From: Phycisphaerales bacterium
Lineage (GTDB): Bacteria; Planctomycetota; Phycisphaerae; Phycisphaerales; UBA1924
Direction: 5' to 3'
NCBI GenBank assembly: GCA_905339235.1
Contig: CAJPFG010000023.1
Coordinates: 89,621-153,620, forward strand
Length of the DNA stretch: 64,000 nt
The notes beneath the pieces are model-generated. The model did not search any database, had not been told where the DNA came from, and saw nothing but the letters and a program-made list of their open reading frames with translations. This document shows, piece by piece, positions 1 to 8,879 of the stretch (position 1 is the stretch's first letter; each line of letters starts with the position of its first letter). The position numbers were made by a program, and so were the translations under genes.

Positions 1-2
1 CG

Positions 3-203
3 GTTCTGGAACTCGCGGGGATTCATCGCCGGATCGACGCGGCCCGGCTCGATCTGCTCCGCGCGGCCGTCCGCCGCAAGGCGGTGGAAGCGCTGCGAGA
101 TCGGCGTTTTGAGGAATGGCGGACCGACCAAAGGCGGCGGGAACACGCCGCGCTCGACGAACTCTCGGTGATGCGCGCCGGGCGCACGGAGGCTGACGAA
201 TGA
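3..203 (+). CDS. C-terminal fragment of a coiled-coil protein, likely flagellar export protein FliJ (5' partial at window edge)
   Basis: Frame-3 translation VLELAGIHRRIDAARLDLLRAAVRRKAVEALRDRRFEEWRTDQRRREHAALDELSVMRAGRTEADE* is charged and heptad-like. Its stop TGA (201-203) overlaps the ATG (200) of the next flagellar gene. It sits where fliJ lies in Bacillus/spirochete-type operons. Confidence 0.35.
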   Translation, partial: VLELAGIHRRIDAARLDLLRAAVRRKAVEALRDRRFEEWRTDQRRREHAALDELSVMRAGRTEADE

Positions 204-958
204 AGACGCTGTGGAACATCCTCGCGGTCGTGGCGATCGGGAACCTCGTCGCGCTGGGGGCCTTCGTCGGCTGGCTGAAGGTCACAGACCGACTGGACGT
301 GGAACGCGCCACGACGGTGCGATTGATGTTGGCCAAGACCATTACCACGGAACGTGCGGAAAAGGAGGAGGCCAAGGCGAAGGAAGAGGCCGAGCGAGAG
401 GCGGCGGAGGCGGCCGCGAAGGCGAGCCGCGCGCCGCTCACCGCGTCGCAACTTCTCGCGGCCCGCGAGGAGGCGACCGAACTGGATCGCCAGCGGATCG
501 AGCGCCTGCAGCGAGAAGTGTCGGACCTGCGGGCGCAACTCGCCCGCGAGATCGCGGAAGTAAAGACCCAGCGCGACCAACTCGACGCCGACCGCACGCA
601 GTTCGACGCGATCGTGAGAGCCACCGGCGAGCAGTTGCAGAACGAACAGTTCCAGAAGACGCTTGGAGTGCTGGTCAGCCTCAAGCCGGCGCAGGCGGTG
701 ACGTTGCTGCGGGGCATGATGGCCCCCCCGGCCGCGTTCGCGCCCGTGGATGGCGGCGCGGAGCCCGCGCCGGTCGGACCGGCATGGTCGGAAGCGGGGA
801 TCACCGAAGTGGTGGGTTATCTGGACGCGATGGAAGACAAGAACCGAACGAAGATCATCGGGGAGTTTGCGAAGGCCGAGCCCGCGTTGGCAACGGAGTT
901 GCTGGAGCGGCTGAGGAACCGGGCCACGATGGCCCGCGTTCCTTCCGGCGCTCCTTGA
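200..958 (+). CDS. Flagellar-operon coiled-coil protein, MotE/YlxF-like (MgtE_N-like C-terminal region)
   Basis: N-terminal TM helix (ILAVVAIGNLVALGAFVGWL), a long Glu/Ala/Arg-rich coiled coil, then C-terminal helical repeats (LVSLKPAQAVTLLRGM..., VVGYLDAMEDKNRTKIIGEFAKAEPALATELLERL) reminiscent of the MgtE_N domain. Lies between fliJ and fliK, as ylxF/motE does in B. subtilis. Confidence 0.45.
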   Translation: MKTLWNILAVVAIGNLVALGAFVGWLKVTDRLDVERATTVRLMLAKTITTERAEKEEAKAKEEAEREAAEAAAKASRAPLTASQLLAAREEATELDRQRIERLQREVSDLRAQLAREIAEVKTQRDQLDADRTQFDAIVRATGEQLQNEQFQKTLGVLVSLKPAQAVTLLRGMMAPPAAFAPVDGGAEPAPVGPAWSEAGITEVVGYLDAMEDKNRTKIIGEFAKAEPALATELLERLRNRATMARVPSGAP

Positions 959-2212
959 ATGACTTCAATCGATCGAATCTCTCCCAACGTTCCCCAACCC
1001 GAGCGAGGTTCGGAAGTTCCGCAGGCCGACGCGCCGTGTGCCGACCCGTTCGTGGGGCTGCTGGCCAGATTCACCGCCGGTGGCCGGGAGATCGCCGCCA
1101 CGGCGCGCGTTCCCGCGGGCGCCAAGGGCGCTGTGAACACGCCGCGCAAGGACGACACCAATGCGCAACGCGAGCGCGACCGAGCGCAGGATCGGCTCGC
1201 GGAAGCGGTGCGGATCGCGCAGTCGCACGAGGTGCCGCCTTCGCTCTCGCTGGGCCGGCCGCGTGATCTGACGCAACTCGCGGTGCAGAAGATGAGCACC
1301 GCGCGGCCGTCGCCGCACGCCGAACCCGAATCGGCGGAGAGGGTTGAGCCGAATCGCGCACCGCGCCAGGTATTCAAAGCCCGCGAAGCCGGGCCCGAGC
1401 AACCGGTGACAAGGGGATTGACGCCGGCGCAGGACGCTTCGACACACCCGCCCCCGCTTCGCGCGGTCGCCGCGGCGGCTGCCCAGGCTCAGCCGCCAGT
1501 CACCGCGCGGGCCCCGGAATCGATCACGCCGGCGACCGCGGCGCAGGCGACGAGTGCGCGAGCAGTGACGCCGACCGCCGGCGCGGGACGCGGTCAGGGC
1601 AACGCGGGGGGAAACGCCTCGCGGACAAATCCCGGAACGCCGGCCTTGCGGGCGCTCGCGGGCGGTACGTTTCGATTGAGCGCTTCCAGAGCGGGGAAGC
1701 CGGTTCCCGAGCCGGCGCAGCGCGGCGCCATGCCGCAGGTGGTGCGAGGCCTCGCACTGGCCCTGAAGCAGGGCGGGGGCCGAGTGACACTTCGGCTGAA
1801 TCCCGAACAGATCGGCAGCGTGATCGTGAACGTGAAAGTCCAGGGGTCGAGCGTGACGGCGCGGCTTGAGGCGTCGAGCGACGCGGCACACCGGTTGCTC
1901 AAGGACTCCGTCGATGGTCTTCGGTCCGCGCTGGAAGCGCGGGGTCTGAGCGTGGAACGCATCGAGATCGCGCCGCCTCCACCGCAGGAGGCGTCGGCGG
2001 ACCCCCGTGATCAGGGGGCTCCGGGCGACGCCGGCCGGCGGGAGCGGGAGGGCGCAAGCCGTCACGCGGAGCGTGGCGGGAGGAATGAGCCCGCGGGCGC
2101 GGTCGAAGGACTCGACGCGCACCCGAACGTGGTGTCGTGGGCGCTGCCATTCAGCGTCCGGATCACGCGTGACGGGCCGGAACATCGTCCCCGCCTGGAG
2201 GCGGTGGCGTGA
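959..2212 (+). CDS. fliK: Flagellar hook-length control protein FliK
   Basis: Pro/Ala-rich disordered N-terminal two-thirds. C-terminal FliK/Flg_hook domain: VTLRLNPEQIGSVIVNVKVQGSSVTARLEASSDAAHRLLKDSVDGLRSALEARGLSVERIEI. Start abuts the previous stop (TGAATG). Confidence 0.75.
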   Translation: MTSIDRISPNVPQPERGSEVPQADAPCADPFVGLLARFTAGGREIAATARVPAGAKGAVNTPRKDDTNAQRERDRAQDRLAEAVRIAQSHEVPPSLSLGRPRDLTQLAVQKMSTARPSPHAEPESAERVEPNRAPRQVFKAREAGPEQPVTRGLTPAQDASTHPPPLRAVAAAAAQAQPPVTARAPESITPATAAQATSARAVTPTAGAGRGQGNAGGNASRTNPGTPALRALAGGTFRLSASRAGKPVPEPAQRGAMPQVVRGLALALKQGGGRVTLRLNPEQIGSVIVNVKVQGSSVTARLEASSDAAHRLLKDSVDGLRSALEARGLSVERIEIAPPPPQEASADPRDQGAPGDAGRREREGASRHAERGGRNEPAGAVEGLDAHPNVVSWALPFSVRITRDGPEHRPRLEAVA

Positions 2213-2224
2213 GGCACCGGGATC

Positions 2225-2668
2225 ATGAGCGCCGTAGATTCTCTCAGCAACACGCCTTCCACCGCGGGTTTCAGCGCGAGCCAGAGCGGGTTCAGCGCGA
2301 TGACTTCCGATGATTTCGCGAAGATCATCTTCACCGAGTTGACCAAGCAGGACCCGCTCTCTCCCAGCGATACCAACGCGCTGATCCAGCAGATCTCGGG
2401 CATCCGGTCGATCCAGTCGAACCTCGATCTCACGTCGAAACTGGAATCGCTGGTGTCTCAGAACGAGTTCGCCGGGGCCGCGACGCTGATCGGGAAGCAG
2501 GCGACCGGCCTTTCGGCTGAAGGGTCGCGCGTGTCGGGGCTGGTGAAGAGCGTGTCCAACTCGCGCGAAGGCGCGGTCCTTTCGCTCGAAGGCGGCGGTA
2601 CGCTGCTCTTCTCCGCGCTGGAGAAGGTGGAGCCTGCGCCCGCCGAAGACAGCGGAGGCGAACCGTGA
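2225..2668 (+). CDS. flgD: Flagellar hook assembly/capping protein FlgD
   Basis: Carries the FlgD N-terminal signature DDFAKIIFTELTKQDPLSPSDTNALIQQISGIRSIQSNLDL, and sits immediately upstream of flgE. Confidence 0.8.
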   Translation: MSAVDSLSNTPSTAGFSASQSGFSAMTSDDFAKIIFTELTKQDPLSPSDTNALIQQISGIRSIQSNLDLTSKLESLVSQNEFAGAATLIGKQATGLSAEGSRVSGLVKSVSNSREGAVLSLEGGGTLLFSALEKVEPAPAEDSGGEP

Positions 2669-3144
2669 GCCTCGACCCGCTGGCCATCCTCCGGCTTGGG
2701 GCGGGGCTCCTGCGCGCGGGCAACCGCGTTGGCGCGGCCCCGCGTCCCATCGAGGGCGCGTCGTTCGATGAACTGCTCGGAAAGGCTCGCGCGGGCGAGA
2801 TCGCCAGCGGCGTGCCGATCCGGGTCACGAAGGAATCGGGTGTCACCCTGAACGACTCGCAGCGGGCGCGGCTGGCCGTCGCCGCGGACAAGGCCGAGGC
2901 CGAGGGTGTGGGCCGCGCCGTAGTGCTTATCGATGGCCAGGTGCTCTCGCTCGACGTTCCGACTCGAACGATCACCGGCGCGGTTGATCCAGGCAAGACG
3001 CAGGTTCAGGCCGGGCACGACGCGGTGATCACAGTGGCGGCGGAGTCCGCGCCGACGAAGGCCGTGGACGGCGCCGCGCTGCTGATGAAACTCAAGCCGC
3101 TGATCGCGCCCACACCTGCCCCGGGCGAATCGCGCGCGGCATGA
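2665..3144 (+). CDS. Flagellar operon protein (TIGR02530-like; found between flgD and flgE in Firmicutes/spirochetes)
   Basis: GTG start overlaps the flgD stop (GTGA), suggesting translational coupling. The core IRVTKESGVTLNDSQRARLAVAADKAEAEGVGRAVVLIDGQVLSLDVPTRTITGAV resembles the small conserved ORF found at this position in Bacillus/Clostridium/spirochete fla operons. Confidence 0.45.
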   Translation: MSLDPLAILRLGAGLLRAGNRVGAAPRPIEGASFDELLGKARAGEIASGVPIRVTKESGVTLNDSQRARLAVAADKAEAEGVGRAVVLIDGQVLSLDVPTRTITGAVDPGKTQVQAGHDAVITVAAESAPTKAVDGAALLMKLKPLIAPTPAPGESRAA

Positions 3145-3242
3145 AAGAACTCCCGCGGCAGGGACGCCGCGGACGACACCAGGGGCACGGACGCCCGAAC
3201 CGACCAACACCCGGCGCTCCGCGCGCCGATCGGGGAAGATCC

Positions 3243-5000
3243 ATGCCTTCGACCACCGCGCTCTACACGGCCATGACCGGGCTCAACGCCCACGCCCGCA
3301 ACATCGACGTCATCGGCAACAACGTCGCGAACATCAGCACGCCCGCGTACAAATCGAGCCGGCTGCTGTTCTCGAGCATGTTCGCACGCACGCTGAGCGC
3401 TGGCACCGGCCCCGGCGACGCGACCGGCGGGACGAATCCCTACCAGATCGGCCTGGGCGTGAACACGGCCGGGACGCAGCGCAACATGGCCCGGGGAACG
3501 CTTACTTCGACGGGCGATCAGCGTGACCTGGCCGTGGACGGCAAGGGCTGGTTCGTGGTGGACCGTGGCGGGGAGCAGTTGTACACCCGGGCAGGCTCGT
3601 TTCGGTCCAACGCGCTAGGAGAACTCACGACGATCTCCGGCGAGCGGCTCCAGGGCTACGGCGTGGATGCCAACTTCAACATCGTCCAGGGTCAACTCGG
3701 GTCGATCTCGATCCCGATCGGGAGCATGACCATCGCGGAGGCAACCACGGAAGTGCGATTCTCGGGCAACCTCGACGCGGACGGCGATCTGCCGGGGCAG
3801 GGGTCGCGGATCACGCTCGGGGGAACGGCCACGACCGGTTTCAATGCCGTCGCCGGCGCGGCCCCCGCTCCGACGCTTCCGAACATTCTCGAACTCACCA
3901 CGCGCCTCGTTGACGTCGAGGATCCCACCGCCCCCGGCAGCGGTTCGCCCTACTTCGCGGCCGGACAGAGCATCGAGATCCGCAGCGCCGAAAAGGGTGG
4001 GCGGACAATCTCCACCGCCACGCTGGCCATCACCAGCACGACCACCATCGACGACCTGAATGCGTTCCTGTCGGACGCGATGGGGATCGAGACCGGCACG
4101 GGCGCGAATCCCGACGGATTCACCCCGGGGGTCGCGCTGGACCCTACCAGCGGGATCCTCACGGTCGTCGGGAACATCGGCGACGCCAATGACATCGTGC
4201 TGGATGCAAGCGATATCAGGCTCCTGGACTCGTCGAACGCACTGGTGCGCTACCCGTTCGTGCCGGCGAAAACGGCGTCCGCGGATGGTGAGAGCGTGCG
4301 AACGTCCTTTGTGGTGTACGACTCCCTGGGCGCCCCCGTGGAGATGGACATCACGATGGCGCTGGAGTCCAGGTCAAACGCGGGCACGGTGTGGCGGTAC
4401 TTTGTGGAGTCGGGCGATGCGAGCGGGGTGGCGACGCAGGTCGGGACCGGCACGTTCGCGTTCGACACGCAGGGACAGGCGATCAGCACGGCGCCCATCA
4501 CGGTCACGGTGGACCGCTCGGGAACGGGCTCGGGCACTCCCCTGTCCATGAGTTTTTACCTCGCCACGGACGACGGCGGGATGACCGCGCTGGCGGACAC
4601 CGATTCGCAGATGGCCGCGACGTTCCGCGACGGGGCGTCGATCGGCACGCTTTCGGCGTTCGCCATCGGCACCGACGGCGCGGTCCTGGGTATCTTCAGC
4701 AACGACGTGGTTCGCCCGCTGGGGCAGGTCGTGCTCGCGTCCTTTGCCAACGATGAAGGCCTGCTGGACATGGGAGAAAGCATGTTCAAGAGCGGGGCCA
4801 ACTCGGGCACGGCCGCGATCGGGACTCCGGGAGCGCTCGGCGCGGGCCAGGTGGTGGCGGGCGCACTCGAGCAATCGAACGTGGACCTCGGCGAAGAGTT
4901 CATCAAGTTGGTGCTCTCGTCAACGGGCTACTCCGCGAGTTCCAGGGTTATCCGGACCACGGACGAACTGATGCAGCAACTCCTCGTGCTCGGGCGATAA
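3243..5000 (+). CDS. flgE: Flagellar hook protein FlgE
   Basis: N-terminus MPSTTALYTAMTGLNAHARNIDVIGNNVANISTPAYKSSR is the flagellar rod/hook N-terminal domain. C-terminus ...GALEQSNVDLGEEFIKLVLSSTGYSASSRVIRTTDELMQQLLVL is the conserved C-terminal helix. The ORF extends upstream to 3141, but the ATG at 3243 gives the canonical N-terminus. Confidence 0.9.
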   Translation: MPSTTALYTAMTGLNAHARNIDVIGNNVANISTPAYKSSRLLFSSMFARTLSAGTGPGDATGGTNPYQIGLGVNTAGTQRNMARGTLTSTGDQRDLAVDGKGWFVVDRGGEQLYTRAGSFRSNALGELTTISGERLQGYGVDANFNIVQGQLGSISIPIGSMTIAEATTEVRFSGNLDADGDLPGQGSRITLGGTATTGFNAVAGAAPAPTLPNILELTTRLVDVEDPTAPGSGSPYFAAGQSIEIRSAEKGGRTISTATLAITSTTTIDDLNAFLSDAMGIETGTGANPDGFTPGVALDPTSGILTVVGNIGDANDIVLDASDIRLLDSSNALVRYPFVPAKTASADGESVRTSFVVYDSLGAPVEMDITMALESRSNAGTVWRYFVESGDASGVATQVGTGTFAFDTQGQAISTAPITVTVDRSGTGSGTPLSMSFYLATDDGGMTALADTDSQMAATFRDGASIGTLSAFAIGTDGAVLGIFSNDVVRPLGQVVLASFANDEGLLDMGESMFKSGANSGTAAIGTPGALGAGQVVAGALEQSNVDLGEEFIKLVLSSTGYSASSRVIRTTDELMQQLLVLGR

Positions 5001-5130
5001 GTTCGGGCCGTGGGGCGATCGTGTTTCCCACCCTCGCTTCTTGTCTCGGCGTTTCCATCCGATATCTCGCGAACAGGGGCCGGAACTGCGACCAGGAGTC
5101 CGCGCTTCCGACCCGACCCCGGAGACCCTC

Positions 5131-5496
5131 ATGCCCAGCGCCCTCACGATCCTCGCCTTGCTCGGCGGCGCCGCTCTCGTGTGCGTGGTGACGCTCGTCG
5201 CGGCCAAGTTTCTTCGCGTCGATCGGGCCGTCGCCAAACTGTCGGAGTCCCACGGTGCGGCCCATGAATGGGTGGTGGGCCTCCTTGGGCTGCTCGGGCT
5301 CGTGTCCGCGCTGGCGATCCTCTTCGGCGCCGGGAGTTCGATCGGCCTTTCGGCCGCGGGGTCGGCGCTAGTTCTCTGCCTGAGCGCAGGGTTCCTGTCG
5401 ATGGCGCTGCGGCCAGTGGAGCAGCGGGCACAGTCGGAAGGCCGCGCGACGCGGCTGGATCAGGAAGCCCCAATCGTCCGGTCGAAGGCGGCCTAA
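5131..5496 (+). CDS. Small membrane protein (2 predicted TM helices), uncharacterised, embedded in the flagellar operon
   Basis: GGAGA ribosome-binding site 6 nt upstream of the ATG. MPSALTILALLGGAALVCVVTLVAAKFL... and ...VVGLLGLLGLVSALAILFGAGSSIGLSAAGSALVLCLSAGFL... are hydrophobic helices. Lies between flgE and fliL, co-directional. Confidence 0.4.
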   Translation: MPSALTILALLGGAALVCVVTLVAAKFLRVDRAVAKLSESHGAAHEWVVGLLGLLGLVSALAILFGAGSSIGLSAAGSALVLCLSAGFLSMALRPVEQRAQSEGRATRLDQEAPIVRSKAA

Positions 5497-5650
5497 GGCC
5501 GTCCGAAAACGCGGGCGGCCGCACACTCGTTCTCGGCGACGGCCGCGCGGCCCGGGATCGGCCATCCGCCTGCATTAGCCCACTCCTCAAGCCGACCTTC
5601 CGAACGCGGAACTGCGCGCCGATCCGGGCCTTCCGCGTGGAGTGTGCGAC

Positions 5651-6196
5651 ATGGCCGACGCGAAAGACGCAAAGGAAAACAAACCCCAGAGCGAAGCCCC
5701 GGCAATGCCCGCGAAGAAAGCGTTCCCGGTCAAAGCCGCGGGGATCGTCGCGGCGATCATGGTCGCCGAGGGGGCGGGGGTGTTTCTGATCGCGAAGATG
5801 ACCTCCCCGGCCCCAGCCGCGGCGGAGACGCACCTGGAAACCAAGGACCAGACCGACCAAGAGGCCTTGGTCGAGATCGATCTGGTTTCGGACAAGTTCC
5901 AGAACATGCAGACCGGCCGCGTGTGGGTTTGGGATGTGGACATCGTCCTGAAGACCCGTGCGAAGAACGAGGCCTACGTGCAGAAAGTCCTCGACAGCCA
6001 GGCCGCCGAGATCAAGGAAGGCGTCTCGATGATCTTCCGGCGGGCCCAGCACAACCAGTTGAAAGAGCCGGGGTTGGAAACGGTGAATCGCCAACTCACC
6101 AGTTACCTGACCGAAATATTCGGCAGGGACGCCGACGGCAAGGACCGCCTGGAGCGAGTGGTGATCCCCAAGTGCCGAGGCTTCCCGGCGGACTGA
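5651..6196 (+). CDS. fliL: Flagellar basal body-associated protein FliL
   Basis: Single N-terminal TM helix (AAGIVAAIMVAEGAGVFLIAKM) followed by a FliL-like periplasmic domain (...VEIDLVSDKFQNMQTGRVWVWDVDIVLKTRAKNEAYVQKVLDSQAAEIKEGVSMIF...). Sits upstream of the switch gene fliN. Confidence 0.75.
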   Translation: MADAKDAKENKPQSEAPAMPAKKAFPVKAAGIVAAIMVAEGAGVFLIAKMTSPAPAAAETHLETKDQTDQEALVEIDLVSDKFQNMQTGRVWVWDVDIVLKTRAKNEAYVQKVLDSQAAEIKEGVSMIFRRAQHNQLKEPGLETVNRQLTSYLTEIFGRDADGKDRLERVVIPKCRGFPAD

Positions 6197-6376
6197 ACCT
6201 GAAACGCAAAGTCTGCGCGGCCGGGCGTATTCGGCCGACATTTATCGGACCGTTCGCGCAGCCGCGGCTCCTTCTTGTGACGTGACGGGCGGTTGCGGAC
6301 CGATGACGGATTCCACGCGTGGGAAGCACGGTGGTCCGGAGGACCACAGCGGCCACGTCGTTTTCAGGGGGCCAGG

Positions 6377-6844
6377 ATGGCCGACGAGCAGACATCCCAA
6401 AGCCCGGAGAGCGGAAAGCCGGCCGACGAAATGGCCGCGGACGCCCTTCGCACCGCCCAGCAGGCGATCACCGATCTTGGGGGTGTCGGACTCCCGGCCT
6501 CCGGTGGGCCTCACGAGTCGGGCGGGATTCCGGTGGCGCTCCCCGACTTCGAGTCGACGCCCGGAGCCACCGCCGGCCGGGCGATCAACCTGCTGGCCGA
6601 TGTCAACCTTCACGTGAAGATCGAACTCGGCCGCACGCGCATGCTCGTGGAGGACGTTCTCCAACTCGGCGAGGGCGCGGTGGTCGAACTCGACAAACTG
6701 GCCGGCGACCCCGTCGATGTATATGTGAACGACCGCCACGTCGCCCGTGGCGAGGTGCTGGTTCTCAACGACAACTTCTGCGTCCGCATCAACGAAATCA
6801 TCGCGCCCTCGGAGCAGGCCGCTCCCCGGGCCGAATCTGCCTGA
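6377..6844 (+). CDS. fliN: Flagellar motor switch protein FliN
   Basis: C-terminal SpoA/FliN domain: INLLADVNLHVKIELGRTRMLVEDVLQLGEGAVVELDKLAGDPVDVYVNDRHVARGEVLVLNDNFCVRINEII. Confidence 0.8.
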   Translation: MADEQTSQSPESGKPADEMAADALRTAQQAITDLGGVGLPASGGPHESGGIPVALPDFESTPGATAGRAINLLADVNLHVKIELGRTRMLVEDVLQLGEGAVVELDKLAGDPVDVYVNDRHVARGEVLVLNDNFCVRINEIIAPSEQAAPRAESA

Positions 6845-6893
6845 ATCTTCTCCGGCGGCGGAGCCGCCTTTGCGCAAGCCAGGATGGCGATGC

Positions 6894-7592
6894 ATGCGTG
6901 TGGTTCTTGCGACAATCGCGGGGGTGATGAGTTTCGGCGCGGCGGCGATGGCCGCGCCGTCCGACGATCCCGCACCGCCGCCTCAATCCGCCGAATCTCG
7001 TCCCCTGGGACTGCCCAAGCCGACCCCGGCCACATCGCCATCGGCGCCCGCCGCGTCGGGTTCAACCGGCGATTGGCTCCGGACCGTCGCGGCGCTGGGC
7101 GGCGTGCTGGTGCTGGTCGTGGGCGCCGGCGTAGCGGTTCGTGGGCTGGCGAAACGCGGCGGGGGCCTGATGGGCGCCCTCGGGGCCGGCGGGCGAGCGC
7201 CGTCCGGGCTGCTCGAGGTCCTTGGCCGCTATCCCGTTGGGCGGGGAAGCACCCTGGTGCTTCTGAAACTCGACCGGCGCGTGCTGCTGGTGTGCCAGAA
7301 CGCCTCCCGCGTTGCCGGCGGGTCGATGAGCACGCTCAGCGAAATCACCGACCCCGAAGACGTTGCGTCGATCCTCCTCAAGGCGCGGGACGCCGAGGGC
7401 GAGTCGATGAGCCAGAAGTTCCAGTCGCTGCTCACGCGAGAAGATCGGGCGATGGACGAGCCCCAGCGCCAGCCGCTCGCCGCCGCGGCGCGACCGGTTT
7501 CGCCGACACTCAAGGAGCCTGCGGGAGCGAGCAACATCCGCGGCCGCCTGCAAAGCCTCAAGGGCCGACGCCCCCTGGAGGTGCGGGCGTGA
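6894..7592 (+). CDS. fliO: Flagellar biosynthesis protein FliO (FliZ-like)
   Basis: Signal/TM segment, then the FliO motif LEVLGRYPVGRGSTLVLLKLDRRVLLVCQ. Stop overlaps the fliP GTG start (GTGA at 7589-7592). Confidence 0.65.
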   Translation: MRVVLATIAGVMSFGAAAMAAPSDDPAPPPQSAESRPLGLPKPTPATSPSAPAASGSTGDWLRTVAALGGVLVLVVGAGVAVRGLAKRGGGLMGALGAGGRAPSGLLEVLGRYPVGRGSTLVLLKLDRRVLLVCQNASRVAGGSMSTLSEITDPEDVASILLKARDAEGESMSQKFQSLLTREDRAMDEPQRQPLAAAARPVSPTLKEPAGASNIRGRLQSLKGRRPLEVRA

Positions 7593-8533
7593 CGAAGTTC
7601 GCGTGGATCCTGTTGCTGATCCCGCTGGCGTTTGCCCCGGCGGCGATGGCGCAGCGGACCATCGGGCCGTCCCCGGACGATGCTCCGGCCGCCCCCACAG
7701 CGGCGCCGGTTCCGTCCCTCCCGGAACTGTCGGTCGATAGTCTGAACCCCCTCGAGGTTCTGGCGGGCGCGGCGGAAGCGATCCCGGGTCGAACCGCCGC
7801 GGGCCAGTCTGGTGCGGAGCGGTCCGGACTTTCGGTCGCGGTGAACATCCTCGTCGTGCTGACGGTGGTGTCCCTGGCGCCGTCGATCATGCTGATGTGC
7901 ACGTGCTTCATGCGCATCCTGGTCGTACTGGGGCTGCTCAAGCAGGCGATGGGGACCGCATCGGTTCCGCCCCCGCAGGTGCTGACCGCGCTGTCGTTGT
8001 TCATGACCCTGCTGGTGATGTCCCCCACGCTGGATCGTGTGAACAAGGAGGCCATCGCCCCGTACCGCGCGGGGGAGATTTCGAGTTATGACGACCTGTG
8101 GGACAAGGCCAAGCAGCCGGTCCGCGATTTCATGTTTGATCAGATCGAGGCCACCGGCAACTGGTCGAGCGTCTACAGCGTGCTCGACTATCGCGGGGTG
8201 GACGTTCGCGAGCCGGAGAAACTCACCCGGGCCGACGTGGACATGATCTCGCTGGTGCCCGCGTTCATGCTGAGCGAACTGAAGGCCGCGTTCCTCATGG
8301 GCTTCAAGGTGTATCTTCCGTTCCTGGTCATCGACATGGTCGTGAGCACGATGCTCATTTCGATGAGCATGATGATGCTCCCTCCGGTGCTGATTTCGCT
8401 CCCGTTCAAACTGCTGCTGTTCGTCCTGGTGGACGGGTGGGCGCTGGTCGTGGGCGGGCTGATGCGGTCGTTTGTCACCCATCCCGCGACGGTTGAAACG
8501 GCGATGAACGACCTCGCGCGGTGGGTGACATAG
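7589..8533 (+). CDS. fliP: Flagellar type III export apparatus protein FliP
   Basis: Signal peptide, then the highly conserved FliP core LSVAVNILVVLTVVSLAPSIMLMCTCFMRILVVLGLLKQAMGT...MISLVPAFMLSELKAAFLMGFKVYLPFLVIDMVVSTMLISMSMMMLPPVLISLPFKLLLFVLVDGW. Confidence 0.9.
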   Translation: MTKFAWILLLIPLAFAPAAMAQRTIGPSPDDAPAAPTAAPVPSLPELSVDSLNPLEVLAGAAEAIPGRTAAGQSGAERSGLSVAVNILVVLTVVSLAPSIMLMCTCFMRILVVLGLLKQAMGTASVPPPQVLTALSLFMTLLVMSPTLDRVNKEAIAPYRAGEISSYDDLWDKAKQPVRDFMFDQIEATGNWSSVYSVLDYRGVDVREPEKLTRADVDMISLVPAFMLSELKAAFLMGFKVYLPFLVIDMVVSTMLISMSMMMLPPVLISLPFKLLLFVLVDGWALVVGGLMRSFVTHPATVETAMNDLARWVT

Positions 8534-8590
8534 GCCTCGTCGCGCCGGCGGATTATCGGTGTTTTCGGCAGCCCCCTCAGAGCCGCAGTC

Positions 8591-8848
8591 ATGACCCCCG
8601 ACGACACAACCCTGGAACTTGTCCGCGAAGCGCTCCTGATCACCCTGAAGATCGCCGCGCCCATCCTGCTCGCGGGGCTGGTGGTCGGTTTGATCATCAG
8701 CCTGCTGCAATCCGTGACATCGATCCAGGACCAGACGCTCTCGTTCGTGCCCAAGATCGTCGTGATGATCGTCGCGGCGGCGATCCTGATCCCCTGGGTC
8801 GCCCAACGGCTCGTTGAATACGCCGCGGAGTTGCTCAAACTGGTCTAG
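8591..8848 (+). CDS. fliQ: Flagellar export apparatus protein FliQ
   Basis: 85-aa two-TM protein; LITLKIAAPILLAGLVVGLIISLLQSVTSIQDQTLSFVPKIVVMIVAAAILIPW is the canonical FliQ sequence. Confidence 0.9.
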   Translation: MTPDDTTLELVREALLITLKIAAPILLAGLVVGLIISLLQSVTSIQDQTLSFVPKIVVMIVAAAILIPWVAQRLVEYAAELLKLV

Positions 8849-8879
8849 TCCGGCCTTCGCCGCCTGCGCACGCCCCTTC

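Noticed and set aside
3141-3242. N-terminal extension of the flgE ORF (MKELPRQGRRGRHQGHGRPNRPT...)
   Set aside because: Arg/Gly/Pro-rich with no similarity to the FlgE N-terminus. The canonical N-terminal rod/hook motif begins at ATG 3243.
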